Positions 54,743 to 63,774 of a DNA stretch of 64,000 bases are shown here, piece by piece. Each line of letters begins with the position of its first letter. Position 1 is the first letter of the stretch. The position numbers were made by a program, and so were the translations under genes. The notes under the pieces were generated by a model. It saw only the letters and a list, made by a program, of their open reading frames with translations. It was not told the DNA's origin and made no database searches. Origin of the DNA: a virus; IMG/VR virus record IMGVR_UViG_3300025326_000029, positions 2,390-66,389 of that record. One strand, 5' to 3'.

Positions 54743-55144
54743 CTACTCGAAGTTGTTAAATGCCCGCAATGAGGCACCATCTGTACCTTCCATGATTGCA
54801 CTGAGGTACAGCGTGAAGTTGACAAGTGCTTGCGTCGCAAAGACGCAACCGAAGAAGAACATAGGCGCAGGCTCCGAGGAGGCCGTGTTCCTAGACAGTA
54901 GATCAACGGGCCTTGCAAGAACCCCGTCGATTTTTCCTGCTCCCTTATATTCAACATGCTTATCGACATTTGTTGCTGAAATACGCAATAGCGTCCCCGC
55001 AGGTACGACATACCTACTGCCATCTGCAGGAATGTTAAAGTCCATCGCATCAATGACGATCGACTTTTTAGCACCAAGACCAACAGGAAATTTCAAGATT
55101 TCTTTGTCGTCCCATTGTGCTGACTGTTGCACGTTAAAGGGCAT
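54743..55144 (-). CDS. Head decoration protein
   Basis: Between scaffold and capsid; VVPAGTLL..GVL. Confidence 0.75.
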   Translation of the reverse strand: MPFNVQQSAQWDDKEILKFPVGLGAKKSIVIDAMDFNIPADGSRYVVPAGTLLRISATNVDKHVEYKGAGKIDGVLARPVDLLSRNTASSEPAPMFFFGCVFATQALVNFTLYLSAIMEGTDGASLRAFNNFE

Positions 55145-55160
55145 TCACCTCACCTCCTCT

Positions 55161-56963
55161 CTACTCTTCCGCCAGGCCCATTTTGTCGGCAATCGAAGCC
55201 TTGATCTGAGTTACTCCTGCTTCATCCAGACCAAGATATTCCGCTGCTTCCGCTTCTCCATGAAGGAAGGCGTGTGCGCGGAATGTCTTCTCTGCCTCTG
55301 TCAGATTCTCTTCTAGCACCCCCACAGGAGGCGGCGTATTGTCGTTATCGCGATCTGATACCGAGCCTTCAGTCAGATTGACAAAAGCGTCATCAGGGAC
55401 CGAATCCATGATCCGTTCGACGACATCACTTAACGTCAACTCTACTTCTGTCCGAGAACGTCCGTTCTGCTCTGTAAAGTTGAATGTTCTCTCGCCATCA
55501 TCAGCCATCAGCATCTGTCTCGCGATCTCGACTGTCGCGGGCGGGAACTTTCCTTGCCAACGCCCGACGAGCTTCTCTACGCGATCTTCCTGAACGCGTG
55601 CGCGAAGATTCAGCAATTCTTCATGCATTTGCTGAACTTGCTCTTCTGTAAACTGAACTTCTGTACTACTCACTCTTGACTCACCTCCTCGGGAGTTGCG
55701 TGTTTTCTTGACGACATAAAGCTTTTTTACAGGTTTTGGAGGTTCAACTGGCTCTTCTTCTTCCGAGAGCACCAGTGAAACAACTTCTCCTTCAGTCATA
55801 TTAGCGCTACCAAACGGAACTAATCCGCCGATCCATGGTTTGTTTGTGAGTGCAACATGATCAATAACGGCACCAAATTGTTGTGCCGTCTCTTTGTTCA
55901 AATAATCAAAAACAATTCCTGCGCTTGTATTAGCAATTGTACCTCGTTTCACTTTACCTTCGATATCAGGTTCAGTAAAACGTGGCTTGGCGCGAAGTAT
56001 TGCAATCTTCTTTCCTGTGTTCGGATCTTCACGGTCAACAATGGCTAAATCATCAATAAAGCCTGTATTTTCTGTAACTTTGTTATCATGTGACGTTGGA
56101 ATCGTTACATGCTGAATAGCGCCAGCTTTAAAATTGTTTACAAGTTCTTGAAGCGAGACAATACTTTTCTTCCAGTCTGATGGCCCATCTCGTCGTACAT
56201 GGAACGGAACAGGAACCGGCTTCTGCCCCGGACCAGGGCGCATTTTGAAAGTGCCCTCGCGAAGGATTTCTTTCCACCCATCTTCGCTTTGGGTGCCTTC
56301 GAAATAGAACTCGCTGAGGCCACCTGCCTCAGAAAACGTGGCGTGACCAGAAAAGAAATCGCAAGACATTTCTGGCGTCACGTCATCACGCCAAAGCGCA
56401 CATGTAGCTGGCGTTTCTTCAAATGACTGTCTGAACCACCTACACGCAGCACATGACGTCTGCGGCATGTCACCCATACGGTAGTTCGCTACATCTGGAA
56501 TGGCAGAGGTAGGATCATCACTATCAGCGAGCATGGCGGCGATGAGTTCATCGTCGAGTGAGAGAAGCGCCTCCTCCTGCTCTTCTGTCAACTCAAGGCC
56601 GATCTCGTCGACAAGAGCATTGAACTCGGCCACTTCTTCAGGCGTCGGATCTTCGCTGAGGCTCTTTTTACGTTCGTCTCCACGCCACTTGGTCGTCCCA
56701 CGAATAAGATCCTTAAGCACCGCACAGGTTTTCTGAGCGCGATCTGCTCCAAAACGCTTCGTGTTGTCTCGTATGCAACTAGTGAAAGGATGTCTCTTTC
56801 CAGCATAGAAGCGCAGGAGCGGTGAAAGTTTCTTGCGTGCTTCTGGCCCAACAGTCTTCGCGGAGAAGAGCGCGACAGTGAGATAGGCATCTGCCTCCTC
56901 TTCTGTAAACACTAACGGTTCCCAGTCTTCGGCATTCATTTGACTGTCAAGAACGCTCGTCAT
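55161..56963 (-). CDS. Capsid maturation protease (Mu gpI-like) / scaffold fusion with extra N-terminal domains
   Basis: SH, NTSAG, HVALTNKPWI; acidic coiled C-terminus. Confidence 0.8.
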   Translation of the reverse strand: MTSVLDSQMNAEDWEPLVFTEEEADAYLTVALFSAKTVGPEARKKLSPLLRFYAGKRHPFTSCIRDNTKRFGADRAQKTCAVLKDLIRGTTKWRGDERKKSLSEDPTPEEVAEFNALVDEIGLELTEEQEEALLSLDDELIAAMLADSDDPTSAIPDVANYRMGDMPQTSCAACRWFRQSFEETPATCALWRDDVTPEMSCDFFSGHATFSEAGGLSEFYFEGTQSEDGWKEILREGTFKMRPGPGQKPVPVPFHVRRDGPSDWKKSIVSLQELVNNFKAGAIQHVTIPTSHDNKVTENTGFIDDLAIVDREDPNTGKKIAILRAKPRFTEPDIEGKVKRGTIANTSAGIVFDYLNKETAQQFGAVIDHVALTNKPWIGGLVPFGSANMTEGEVVSLVLSEEEEPVEPPKPVKKLYVVKKTRNSRGGESRVSSTEVQFTEEQVQQMHEELLNLRARVQEDRVEKLVGRWQGKFPPATVEIARQMLMADDGERTFNFTEQNGRSRTEVELTLSDVVERIMDSVPDDAFVNLTEGSVSDRDNDNTPPPVGVLEENLTEAEKTFRAHAFLHGEAEAAEYLGLDEAGVTQIKASIADKMGLAEE

Positions 56964-57270
56964 CGCCTCCCGTTCTCTCTTTCAATAAGTCGAATACAAG
57001 CTTGTCCGCTGGCGCGAAGCACCAACGGCAATCAGGGCATTTGTAAATGGTTGTCGTCTCTTCAGCGAATTCTTCGATGAGCTGCATTGGCACATACTGA
57101 AGAATGTCGTGCGGCTTCTTGCATCGTGGGCATACCATATTACGCCCCTCAATGAGACGCCGACGCTGATGAACACGACGTGTCACATGTGCCATCGTTC
57201 CAACGATAGGTTTATTACCGTATATGTAAGCGTGGCAAAAGTTACCTTGTTGCCATAAGAATTTTTTCAT
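56947..57270 (-). CDS. Zn-ribbon protein (likely start MAHVTRR, ~57195)
   Basis: CPRC...CPDC. Confidence 0.65.
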   Translation of the reverse strand: MKKFLWQQGNFCHAYIYGNKPIVGTMAHVTRRVHQRRRLIEGRNMVCPRCKKPHDILQYVPMQLIEEFAEETTTIYKCPDCRWCFAPADKLVFDLLKERTGGDDERS

Positions 57271-57356
57271 GCTATAATAAATATCAAATTAATACAGGCA
57301 TGGCTCGTGCCCGCCTAAATCTTTTTCACGAGCTAGCTCCCACCAAGACGAGGAGG

Positions 57357-57752
57357 ATGGAGTTGAAACTTTCAACTGCCACGCTTGCTGCGTTCTTAGC
57401 TGTTTTTTTAAGTCCAGTTGCTGTAGCTGAAAACTATGGAGGCAACAGCGAGCAAGAACAAATTCGTATGAAAGAACTAATCTATCAATATTTCGGTAAT
57501 GGTTGGGTAGGACGCGTAATGGTATGCATAGCCCGCAAAGAAAGCGGCTTGAATCCTCGCGCCACAAATTATTATGATACTAATGGCGGATCTTACGGAT
57601 TGATGCAAAATAATGCTATCTGGAGAAGAGAAAACGAAAGCGTACGCTCTTTTGCGTTTCGCATGCAGAACCCACACGAAAGCTTACGCGCCGCCCTCAA
57701 AACTTACCGCGTTCAAGGCTTGCATGCTTGGACGACAGCTAGAGCATGCTAA
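57357..57752 (+). CDS. Secreted lysozyme-fold / lytic transglycosylase
   Basis: GAGGAGG RBS, signal peptide ending AVA, CIARKESG.NP.A, SYGLMQ, AW..C. Confidence 0.85.
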   Translation: MELKLSTATLAAFLAVFLSPVAVAENYGGNSEQEQIRMKELIYQYFGNGWVGRVMVCIARKESGLNPRATNYYDTNGGSYGLMQNNAIWRRENESVRSFAFRMQNPHESLRAALKTYRVQGLHAWTTARAC

Positions 57753-57761
57753 GCTAGATAG

Positions 57762-58298
57762 ATGCCAGCGCGAGGAGTCCTTCAAGGCCAACAGCTTCAA
57801 CCAAGAGAAATCGCTTCCATCTGCTATGCAGCAGGATGGCGCGACAAGAATCTGATTATTGCCGTCGCTGTCTGTTTAGCCGAATCGCAGGGCTACATCA
57901 GAGCGTACAACGATAATCTCGCCGCCGACGGAGAGACGATCCTCAGCAGAGACGTTGGAATCTTCCAGATCAACATCCCCGCTAATAAGGTTGGCACTCC
58001 AGAAGAAGAACGCCTTTATAATCCACACTACAATGTTTCTCGCGCTCGTACGCTATTCGAAGCGAGAGGGTTCCAACCTTGGGTAGCATACAACACAGGG
58101 ATTGCGCTCAATCCTGCTTGGTGGCGCTGGAGCGAAAAGCAATCAGCATGGGTTGGGACGGGGCGTTATGTTCATCGTGCAACTCGCGGCTGTGCAAATT
58201 TTTATGCGTTAGAAATGAAGATCGCATCACCAGACGATGTTATGCTCGATTATCGAGCAATACCATCCAAACCTCAAAAGCCACCAGGAAGCATTTAA
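57762..58298 (+). CDS. Lysozyme-fold / lytic transglycosylase (endolysin candidate)
   Basis: AVAVCLAES, DVGIFQIN, NP.YN, GFQPW. Confidence 0.85.
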   Translation: MPARGVLQGQQLQPREIASICYAAGWRDKNLIIAVAVCLAESQGYIRAYNDNLAADGETILSRDVGIFQINIPANKVGTPEEERLYNPHYNVSRARTLFEARGFQPWVAYNTGIALNPAWWRWSEKQSAWVGTGRYVHRATRGCANFYALEMKIASPDDVMLDYRAIPSKPQKPPGSI

Positions 58299-59062
58299 GT
58301 CCAACCTATAGTCTTGTTTTGAGCTAGACGCTCTTGATGGAGCGAATTCCAATAACGAGCAAAAGAAGCTTGCTTCCTGTTAGAGCCATTTCGCATCGCT
58401 CCTTCTTTGCGTGCTTGTCTGAGTAATACTATCGCTCGATAAGCAGTATTTTTACGTATATTATGTTGATATTGTAGTCGAGTCCAGATAGTCTTACTAA
58501 AACCAGCGCGGCGACATATTTCTGTGTGACTAAGACGCTGCTCAAGCTCTATAAATACGAATGCGATCTTAGATATTGAAATAAAACCGTGGTTGTCTAC
58601 GTGTGTCTGTACTCTAGGAAATAAGACACAATCTTTGCAACGTGTGAAAAGCTTCCCGGTGCGATACGTTCCACGATGAACATAAAAAGACTCAAGCGGA
58701 AGTATTTTTCCTTCAGGTGGATGAAGCGGGCCTGTGCATAATTTTCCGCCGTTCTTGTAACGTTTCAGCATTATTGATTGAGGAATAAATAATTCCCCTT
58801 GCCGCGACAACTCTGAAGTACTCTTCCAAACGCTATTCTCTATCAGCTCTGACGATAATAATGCGCGAGCTATGCGTAAAGAGATGTAGCTACCTTGAAC
58901 AGTGTAACTGCGAACAGTTGTCTCAGGAACATTATGTTCCCTTGACACTCTCGCCCAGGTGCCATAACGCTCATAAAGAGCGAACAGCTCATCCTTTACT
59001 GGCTGACTTATCCGGGCGTAGATGCGAGACTCATTGACAGCACCATCCATACTTACTGCCAA
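58295..59062 (-). CDS. Multi-HTH / Zn-finger DNA-binding protein
   Basis: N-terminal HTH, CTGPLH..LESFY..RCKDC, second HTH. Confidence 0.65.
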   Translation of the reverse strand: MAVSMDGAVNESRIYARISQPVKDELFALYERYGTWARVSREHNVPETTVRSYTVQGSYISLRIARALLSSELIENSVWKSTSELSRQGELFIPQSIMLKRYKNGGKLCTGPLHPPEGKILPLESFYVHRGTYRTGKLFTRCKDCVLFPRVQTHVDNHGFISISKIAFVFIELEQRLSHTEICRRAGFSKTIWTRLQYQHNIRKNTAYRAIVLLRQARKEGAMRNGSNRKQASFARYWNSLHQERLAQNKTIGWT

Positions 59063-59367
59063 ATTACATAAACTCCCTGATCAATTCCAGTTGGATGAGA
59101 TAAGTATCCTAGCGCATGGGCTCGTATCACGCAAGTAGCTATATTATTTCCTTCTAAATTATTTTTTATTTCTTGAATCGTATTATAAGCATTTGAACGG
59201 CTAATCAACATCGTTGTTGCGATCTGTTTTACAGACATTCCACTTGCGTAAAATGCGAGTAGTTGTGCTTGTTTTCTTGTTAAGATGCCGCGACTGCGGA
59301 CACTCGGCCGGAGCCTGGGGATAGTTCCCGGAAGAGGTCCAGCCAAGATGAAGCAAGCTTCTCCCAC
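59053..59367 (-). CDS. LuxR-family HTH regulator
   Basis: LTRKQAQLL..ASGMSVKQIA..ISRSNAY..IKNNL. Confidence 0.8.
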   Translation of the reverse strand: MGEACFILAGPLPGTIPRLRPSVRSRGILTRKQAQLLAFYASGMSVKQIATTMLISRSNAYNTIQEIKNNLEGNNIATCVIRAHALGYLSHPTGIDQGVYVIWQ

Positions 59368-60416
59368 GTTCTCTCCTTGACTAATGCCAGACCAGCCTCT
59401 CTGGCGTCTTCATACAATTCTGTGTCAGATAGCAATTCAAGCACACAATCTACATATTCATCAGAATCAAGTGGTAATGGCAGCTGTAACGAATGCTGTC
59501 CGAATTCTTCTCCTAAGCAATCAGCGTTAGTAATAACGCATGGGGCTCCACAAGCCATTGCCTCCATCACCGCACAACAACCAGTTTCAGTCGGAGCCAT
59601 TGAATCGCACGGGTAGAGTAATGCTGTTGCGGATCGCAAGAATTTATGCAATTCTGTTCTACCTACTCGACCACGATCACGAACTCCTGGAAGTTCCAAC
59701 ACGTCTTTGATAGTAAGTGCCATTTCTGCTTGAGCGTAATGCGAAAAGACGTGACGACTAATCATATCTTTTGCGCCATAGAAAACGTCAAGCGTTGCAT
59801 TCGGATATGTTTTTCGCAACTTAGGCCAGATTTCGAGCATATGCACTAATCCGCGGTCCGGACTAGAAGTGTATGCAAACCTTGCTGCTCCAATTCTTGA
59901 TTCGAGCGAATCGCCACCATCTATGAGCATTGAATCAACACCATTGGGAATCACATGCACTCGTTCTGGCTCAAGCATTGGTTCGCACTGCAGCAAAAAA
60001 CGACGATGCCAGGGAGAGAGCGCTACTACTGCATCGAACTGAACTGCTTCATCAATGCCGCCAATCAGATGAGCGACCTGAAGGCCGAGCAGCATCAAAG
60101 GTTGACAATCACGTACGGTTGGATCACCTAGCAGCCAAGGTGCTTCCCAAGAAATGACGGCGTCGTAACGTCTGGCGGCAAGCTCCGTCGGCGCCAGGTC
60201 GGCTGGCAGATATCGATGAACGCCTGTACCGTATTCATGTTCCTCGCCGCCGTCTCGAGGTACGAAACAGTCGACTTCGTAGCCCATTCCCGCCCATTCA
60301 CGGGCCAACGAAAGAAGAGCCAACTCTCTACCGCCGCAGCCGCGAGCAAGAAGTGACGGACCAACGTCTCCTCCCCAGGAGTCCCATGGTAAGACTTGAG
60401 CTATACGAAGCTGCAT
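59280..60416 (-). CDS. GT-B (GT4-like) glycosyltransferase
   Basis: GGRE, LSPWH, IPNGVD, YTSSPDRGL, ETGCCAVMEAMACG. Confidence 0.92.
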   Translation of the reverse strand: MQLRIAQVLPWDSWGGDVGPSLLARGCGGRELALLSLAREWAGMGYEVDCFVPRDGGEEHEYGTGVHRYLPADLAPTELAARRYDAVISWEAPWLLGDPTVRDCQPLMLLGLQVAHLIGGIDEAVQFDAVVALSPWHRRFLLQCEPMLEPERVHVIPNGVDSMLIDGGDSLESRIGAARFAYTSSPDRGLVHMLEIWPKLRKTYPNATLDVFYGAKDMISRHVFSHYAQAEMALTIKDVLELPGVRDRGRVGRTELHKFLRSATALLYPCDSMAPTETGCCAVMEAMACGAPCVITNADCLGEEFGQHSLQLPLPLDSDEYVDCVLELLSDTELYEDAREAGLALVKERTWEKLASSWLDLFRELSPGSGRVSAVAAS

Positions 60417-60426
60417 CTGCTCATGA

Positions 60427-60897
60427 TTATAGCGCGACTACTGTCTTGATACAGTACTTCCAGCGCAACAGACCAAGCAACGTGTCTCCAGTAAGAGCGG
60501 TCCATGGTTCGCCCTCGCCATCAAGAGCCAGCATAAAGTCTGCAGGATACGCGTGGCTCGAACGCGCCCCATTTGCTTGAACGAGCATGCGTCCGGCGTA
60601 GGCGACCGTTCCTAAAACCAATGGATCGTGACCGGAGTGCAGATCCCCCCGAGCGCGTTGTAAGGCTAGCTCTGCTAGATGCTCCTCGGCATCCTTGAGA
60701 TGATGAAAGGAATGAATTCCACAGGCATGCATCCATTGAGATGCTGCAGCATCACAGTGGCAGCGAGCTTCAAAAAGATGAAATGGTTCCCATGCTGCCG
60801 GGTTTTTAACGTTAGGAAAGTGAGTTGAGGTAAGCAGGATCTCCTGATTACGCTCTTGAACGCGCCAAACGCGCCACCCATAAAGACAAACAGTCAG
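60427..60897 (-). CDS. Conserved phage protein (GWRVW...C..CGI); probable CTG start
   Basis: Frame open 55 codons upstream of the track ATG; CTGA overlap with the upstream stop. Confidence 0.7.
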   Translation of the reverse strand: MTVCLYGWRVWRVQERNQEILLTSTHFPNVKNPAAWEPFHLFEARCHCDAAASQWMHACGIHSFHHLKDAEEHLAELALQRARGDLHSGHDPLVLGTVAYAGRMLVQANGARSSHAYPADFMLALDGEGEPWTALTGDTLLGLLRWKYCIKTVVAL

Positions 60898-61031
60898 CGA
60901 GCGAGCTTTCGTAGAACAGCCAAAATATACAAGAATGGTCGATTTAGTCTGTTTTTATAGAATTTTCGCCAAATAGCGGCTTTATTTGGCAAAATTCTTA
61001 ACTTTTTTGTAATTTCAATCGTAAATTTCAT
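60894..61031 (-). CDS. 45-aa highly basic peptide (not in ORF track)
   Basis: GGAGG RBS; MKFTIEITKKLRILPNKAAIWRKFYKNRLNRPFLYILAVLRKLAR. Confidence 0.5.
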   Translation of the reverse strand: MKFTIEITKKLRILPNKAAIWRKFYKNRLNRPFLYILAVLRKLAR

Positions 61032-61058
61032 CAATTTCCTCCAAATTTGTTCAAAAAA

Positions 61059-61403
61059 TTACTTTTCTTGTTCTTCATTGCTGACAATACGTTTAATTTC
61101 TTCGGAATGAATCTTACACAATTCTGAACCGTTTATAACGCAAGTAGCACGATTTTTACAGCCTGACCGTCGGCATTCTCCAGATAGTTTCACTGACTGA
61201 ACTAATCGTGGACGACGATGCCGCGAAACTGCTGTTTTATGACGCTTTGGTGGAGTATATGTAAATTCTGGATGAGTATCCTCCCTATGTCGCTGGAAAA
61301 GATCACGTCCTTCAGCGAATAAACCAGCGTATGTCCACGTACAACGCGAGCAAGCAAAAGAAACTTCTTGGTCGTCTACGCGCAAACGTTCCTCTATGCT
61401 CAT
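61059..61403 (-). CDS. Zn-finger protein
   Basis: CSRC..H....H and C....C....C..C..H. Confidence 0.65.
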   Translation of the reverse strand: MSIEERLRVDDQEVSFACSRCTWTYAGLFAEGRDLFQRHREDTHPEFTYTPPKRHKTAVSRHRRPRLVQSVKLSGECRRSGCKNRATCVINGSELCKIHSEEIKRIVSNEEQEK

Positions 61404-61433
61404 CTGTTGACGTGTTTTGCCTTGAGGAACGGT

Positions 61434-61661
61434 TCATGTTCCTTCAGCGTGCCCTCCTGATTCTAGCCGACGAAGAGCGTCGCGAGCTACCGGATGACCT
61501 GTACGAGTCCACACTTCTTTCAATGTCTCTCGCAGTCTTGCGTTCTCAGTCTCGATGTTTCGCAAAGCTCTTTGTCCCGCTGAGCGCGGCGGATCAGGTC
61601 GCTTAACACCTAATGGAAAGCCGAGCGCCGCCCAGACACTATTGAAGTCTTCAATGGTCAT
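61434..61661 (-). CDS. Small hypothetical protein
   Basis: 75 aa, ATGA overlap. Confidence 0.55.
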   Translation of the reverse strand: MTIEDFNSVWAALGFPLGVKRPDPPRSAGQRALRNIETENARLRETLKEVWTRTGHPVARDALRRLESGGHAEGT

Positions 61662-61828
61662 ACAGTCTCTATATCAAGCATTAATGGCTCGCAGCCGAGC
61701 CAGCGAGCGAGGTTGCCGAGCGGCTGCCCTATGAACCTGCGCACGATCGGCGGCCCCTTGACGATCCGGCCATTCGTCGTGGCGACGGCCACGGTCATCC
61801 CTTTGCCGGTGAGGTACCACCATGTCAC
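61658..61828 (-). CDS. Small hypothetical protein (start GTG, MTWWYL...)
   Basis: GTGA overlap; PPIVRRFIGQP. Confidence 0.6.
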   Translation of the reverse strand: MTWWYLTGKGMTVAVATTNGRIVKGPPIVRRFIGQPLGNLARWLGCEPLMLDIETV

Positions 61829-62031
61829 GGCGCATACCAGCCCCAGGGGGCTGTCGGCATGCCCAGGTTTACGTAGCACTCAGTACAGGCGAAGTGGCCG
61901 TTCTCGCGGTTGTAGGTGCCCTCCTCCGTGCGCACGTACTCGTCCGGCGTCACCTCGTCGTATGCCGCTGCCTCGACGTACTCGGGGATCATGTCCGGGT
62001 AGCGCTTGCAATAGGGGTCGAAAGGCCTCAT
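61825..62031 (-). CDS. Small Cys-containing phage protein
   Basis: EEGTYN..NGHFACTECY..LGMP; TAATG overlap. Confidence 0.7.
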   Translation of the reverse strand: MRPFDPYCKRYPDMIPEYVEAAAYDEVTPDEYVRTEEGTYNRENGHFACTECYVNLGMPTAPWGWYAP

Positions 62032-62402
62032 TATCGTAGCCCTTCGCCCTTTTTAGCTATTTCCGGCTTCGCTACATCAGATCCACCTGGTCGCTCACGA
62101 TAAAGCATTCCCGAAAGAAATTTATCTATCTCTCCTTCCGAACAATTACGATTCTTAAGACTATCCTTCATAATTTTTACATTATGAGCCCAACAGCGAA
62201 AGCAATCGGCATCTGCTGTACGCTTAAAAGGGTCAGCCGCGTGAAAGTGAAAATCCTTTACTTCAGGTATTGAAAGCACGATGTGTTCCACTTTCTCATT
62301 CATCAGGTAGCCGCAACCATCGCAAGTCATATGCGTTCGCTCTACAGTGACTGACTTTTTCATGTTAGTGCTTGCTCCAGCTTCGAAATGTTTAACGCTC
62401 AT
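62031..62402 (-). CDS. Zn-binding hypothetical protein (start MSVKHF)
   Basis: AGGAG RBS; CDGCG..HFH..C. Confidence 0.6.
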   Translation of the reverse strand: MSVKHFEAGASTNMKKSVTVERTHMTCDGCGYLMNEKVEHIVLSIPEVKDFHFHAADPFKRTADADCFRCWAHNVKIMKDSLKNRNCSEGEIDKFLSGMLYRERPGGSDVAKPEIAKKGEGLR

Positions 62403-62418
62403 ACTAATCTCCTGCCGA

Positions 62419-62655
62419 TCATGCTGTACTAAGCTCAGCAATTACATCTTCTCGAGACGCTCCGCGACCACCTGCAACTTCCACCCAATTAACAATCTGC
62501 CCCTTTTTATCAGCGCGAAATGCAAGTGTCTCAAAATCACTATAAAGAGCGATTACCGAACTGACAACGAAATAATCATCACCGCGCTTAACAAGACACG
62601 CGCTCCCCTTCCAATCGACTCCATCGAGTTCACTTACGAATTCAACTCTCGTCAT
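62419..62655 (-). CDS. Hypothetical protein (start MTRVEF)
   Basis: GGGGAG RBS, TAATG overlap; YFVVSSV..ETLAF.AD..G. Confidence 0.65.
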   Translation of the reverse strand: MTRVEFVSELDGVDWKGSACLVKRGDDYFVVSSVIALYSDFETLAFRADKKGQIVNWVEVAGGRGASREDVIAELSTA

Positions 62656-63080
62656 TATTTGATCTCCCCGCGATAGCGCATAACAGCTCGATAGGCAGCC
62701 CAATCGCACTCGCGCTCGCCAAATCGCGCGCGCGGCAGTTGTCGGTGATGCTGACCTTCGTGAGCAACGATAGCGACAACCGCTTCCCTCCAGTCGTTTA
62801 GTTCGAACGAGGGCGGCGCCTGCCGTCGCCGGTAGGGAATATAAGAGTCGATCCTCTCTCCACGCGGAAGCGACACGATAATTTGCTCGCGATCCTCACC
62901 TCGCTGTGGATACCAGGAGGCTCGGTAGCGCCCTGTTGCGTGCGTCGAGCCCCCGCGTCGATAGCGAATGGTGACTGCGACAGCAGAAATATCAAAATCG
63001 CGCAGCGTTTGTCGCACGAGTCGCCGCACCTCGGCTGAATCGTGCTCGGTCAAGTTCTTCACCTTGATGCCCTTTGCCAC
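62655..63080 (-). CDS. Putative Zn metallopeptidase (start GTG, MAKGIKV)
   Basis: GAGGAG RBS; AHEGQH (HExxH) and downstream E..C. Confidence 0.7.
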   Translation of the reverse strand: MAKGIKVKNLTEHDSAEVRRLVRQTLRDFDISAVAVTIRYRRGGSTHATGRYRASWYPQRGEDREQIIVSLPRGERIDSYIPYRRRQAPPSFELNDWREAVVAIVAHEGQHHRQLPRARFGERECDWAAYRAVMRYRGEIK

Positions 63081-63100
63081 GGCTCCTCTCTTTTCCCTTT

Positions 63101-63547
63101 CTAGCGAAACGATCCTCCCCGCGCTCCCGGCCCCCAAGGAAAATTGAACTCCTGCGGGAAGTAAACGAAATCCTTGGTCGAGTCCGAGAGCGCGTCGAAC
63201 AGCGCCAGCTGCGCCAGCCTCCCCCGTACTAAGGCACTGCGTCGCAACGGCAACGGCCGGTTCGGGTCCATCCCCTTCGCAATTGCGATGCGAACCCCCC
63301 ACACCGTCAAAATTACCGCCAACGCCTGCGCAGCAGCAATGTTCTCGTCTTTGTTCGATTTCTGCGGCAACGACGTGACAACTTCCGCCGTCAGTTTGCT
63401 CAGCCATCCAGCAACGTCGCAGTCAGGATGAACAGGATCGCTGTCGACGTCGACGCTCTCCCAAATCAACGCCTGCACGCGATCCACCCAGTACGCCGAG
63501 TCATGCCCGCTAACGCGCCGCAAAAAAACATCCTTGGGGGCAGTCAT
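63101..63547 (-). CDS. Hypothetical protein (start MTAPKD)
   Basis: ATGA overlap with the upstream small ORF. Confidence 0.6.
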   Translation of the reverse strand: MTAPKDVFLRRVSGHDSAYWVDRVQALIWESVDVDSDPVHPDCDVAGWLSKLTAEVVTSLPQKSNKDENIAAAQALAVILTVWGVRIAIAKGMDPNRPLPLRRSALVRGRLAQLALFDALSDSTKDFVYFPQEFNFPWGPGARGGSFR

Positions 63548-63696
63548 TGCCCTTGTTTCTTTTTGTAGCGGCGAATTCTCTTGCGGTGTTTGAGCCAATC
63601 AATCCACCCCCACATCGCAACAAGCCCGGCAAGAACCGCCAGCAACGTCCAGACCCACTCCGGCACGAGAAAATCAGCCGCGAGTACTACGAACAT
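63544..63696 (-). CDS. 50-aa single-TM protein with basic tail (not in ORF track)
   Basis: AAGGAGG RBS; MFVVLAADFLVPEWVWTLLAVLAGLVAMWGWIDWLKHRKRIRRYKKKQGQ. Confidence 0.7.
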   Translation of the reverse strand: MFVVLAADFLVPEWVWTLLAVLAGLVAMWGWIDWLKHRKRIRRYKKKQGQ

Positions 63697-63729
63697 ACAT
63701 CCTCCTTTCCCTACAGCCCTGAAATCGGC

Positions 63730-63753
63730 GGGGAAGAGTCAAATCTCTTCCCC
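63730..63753. other. Perfect 9-bp hairpin in the leader of the first early gene
   Basis: GGGGAAGAG-TCAAAT-CTCTTCCCC. Confidence 0.6.
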
Positions 63754-63774
63754 TAGCCCTAGTAAGCACATCTT

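Noticed and set aside
62655-63407. 250-aa version of the HExxH ORF
   Set aside because: N-terminal part overlaps the 63101 gene; the GTG at 63080 has a strong RBS
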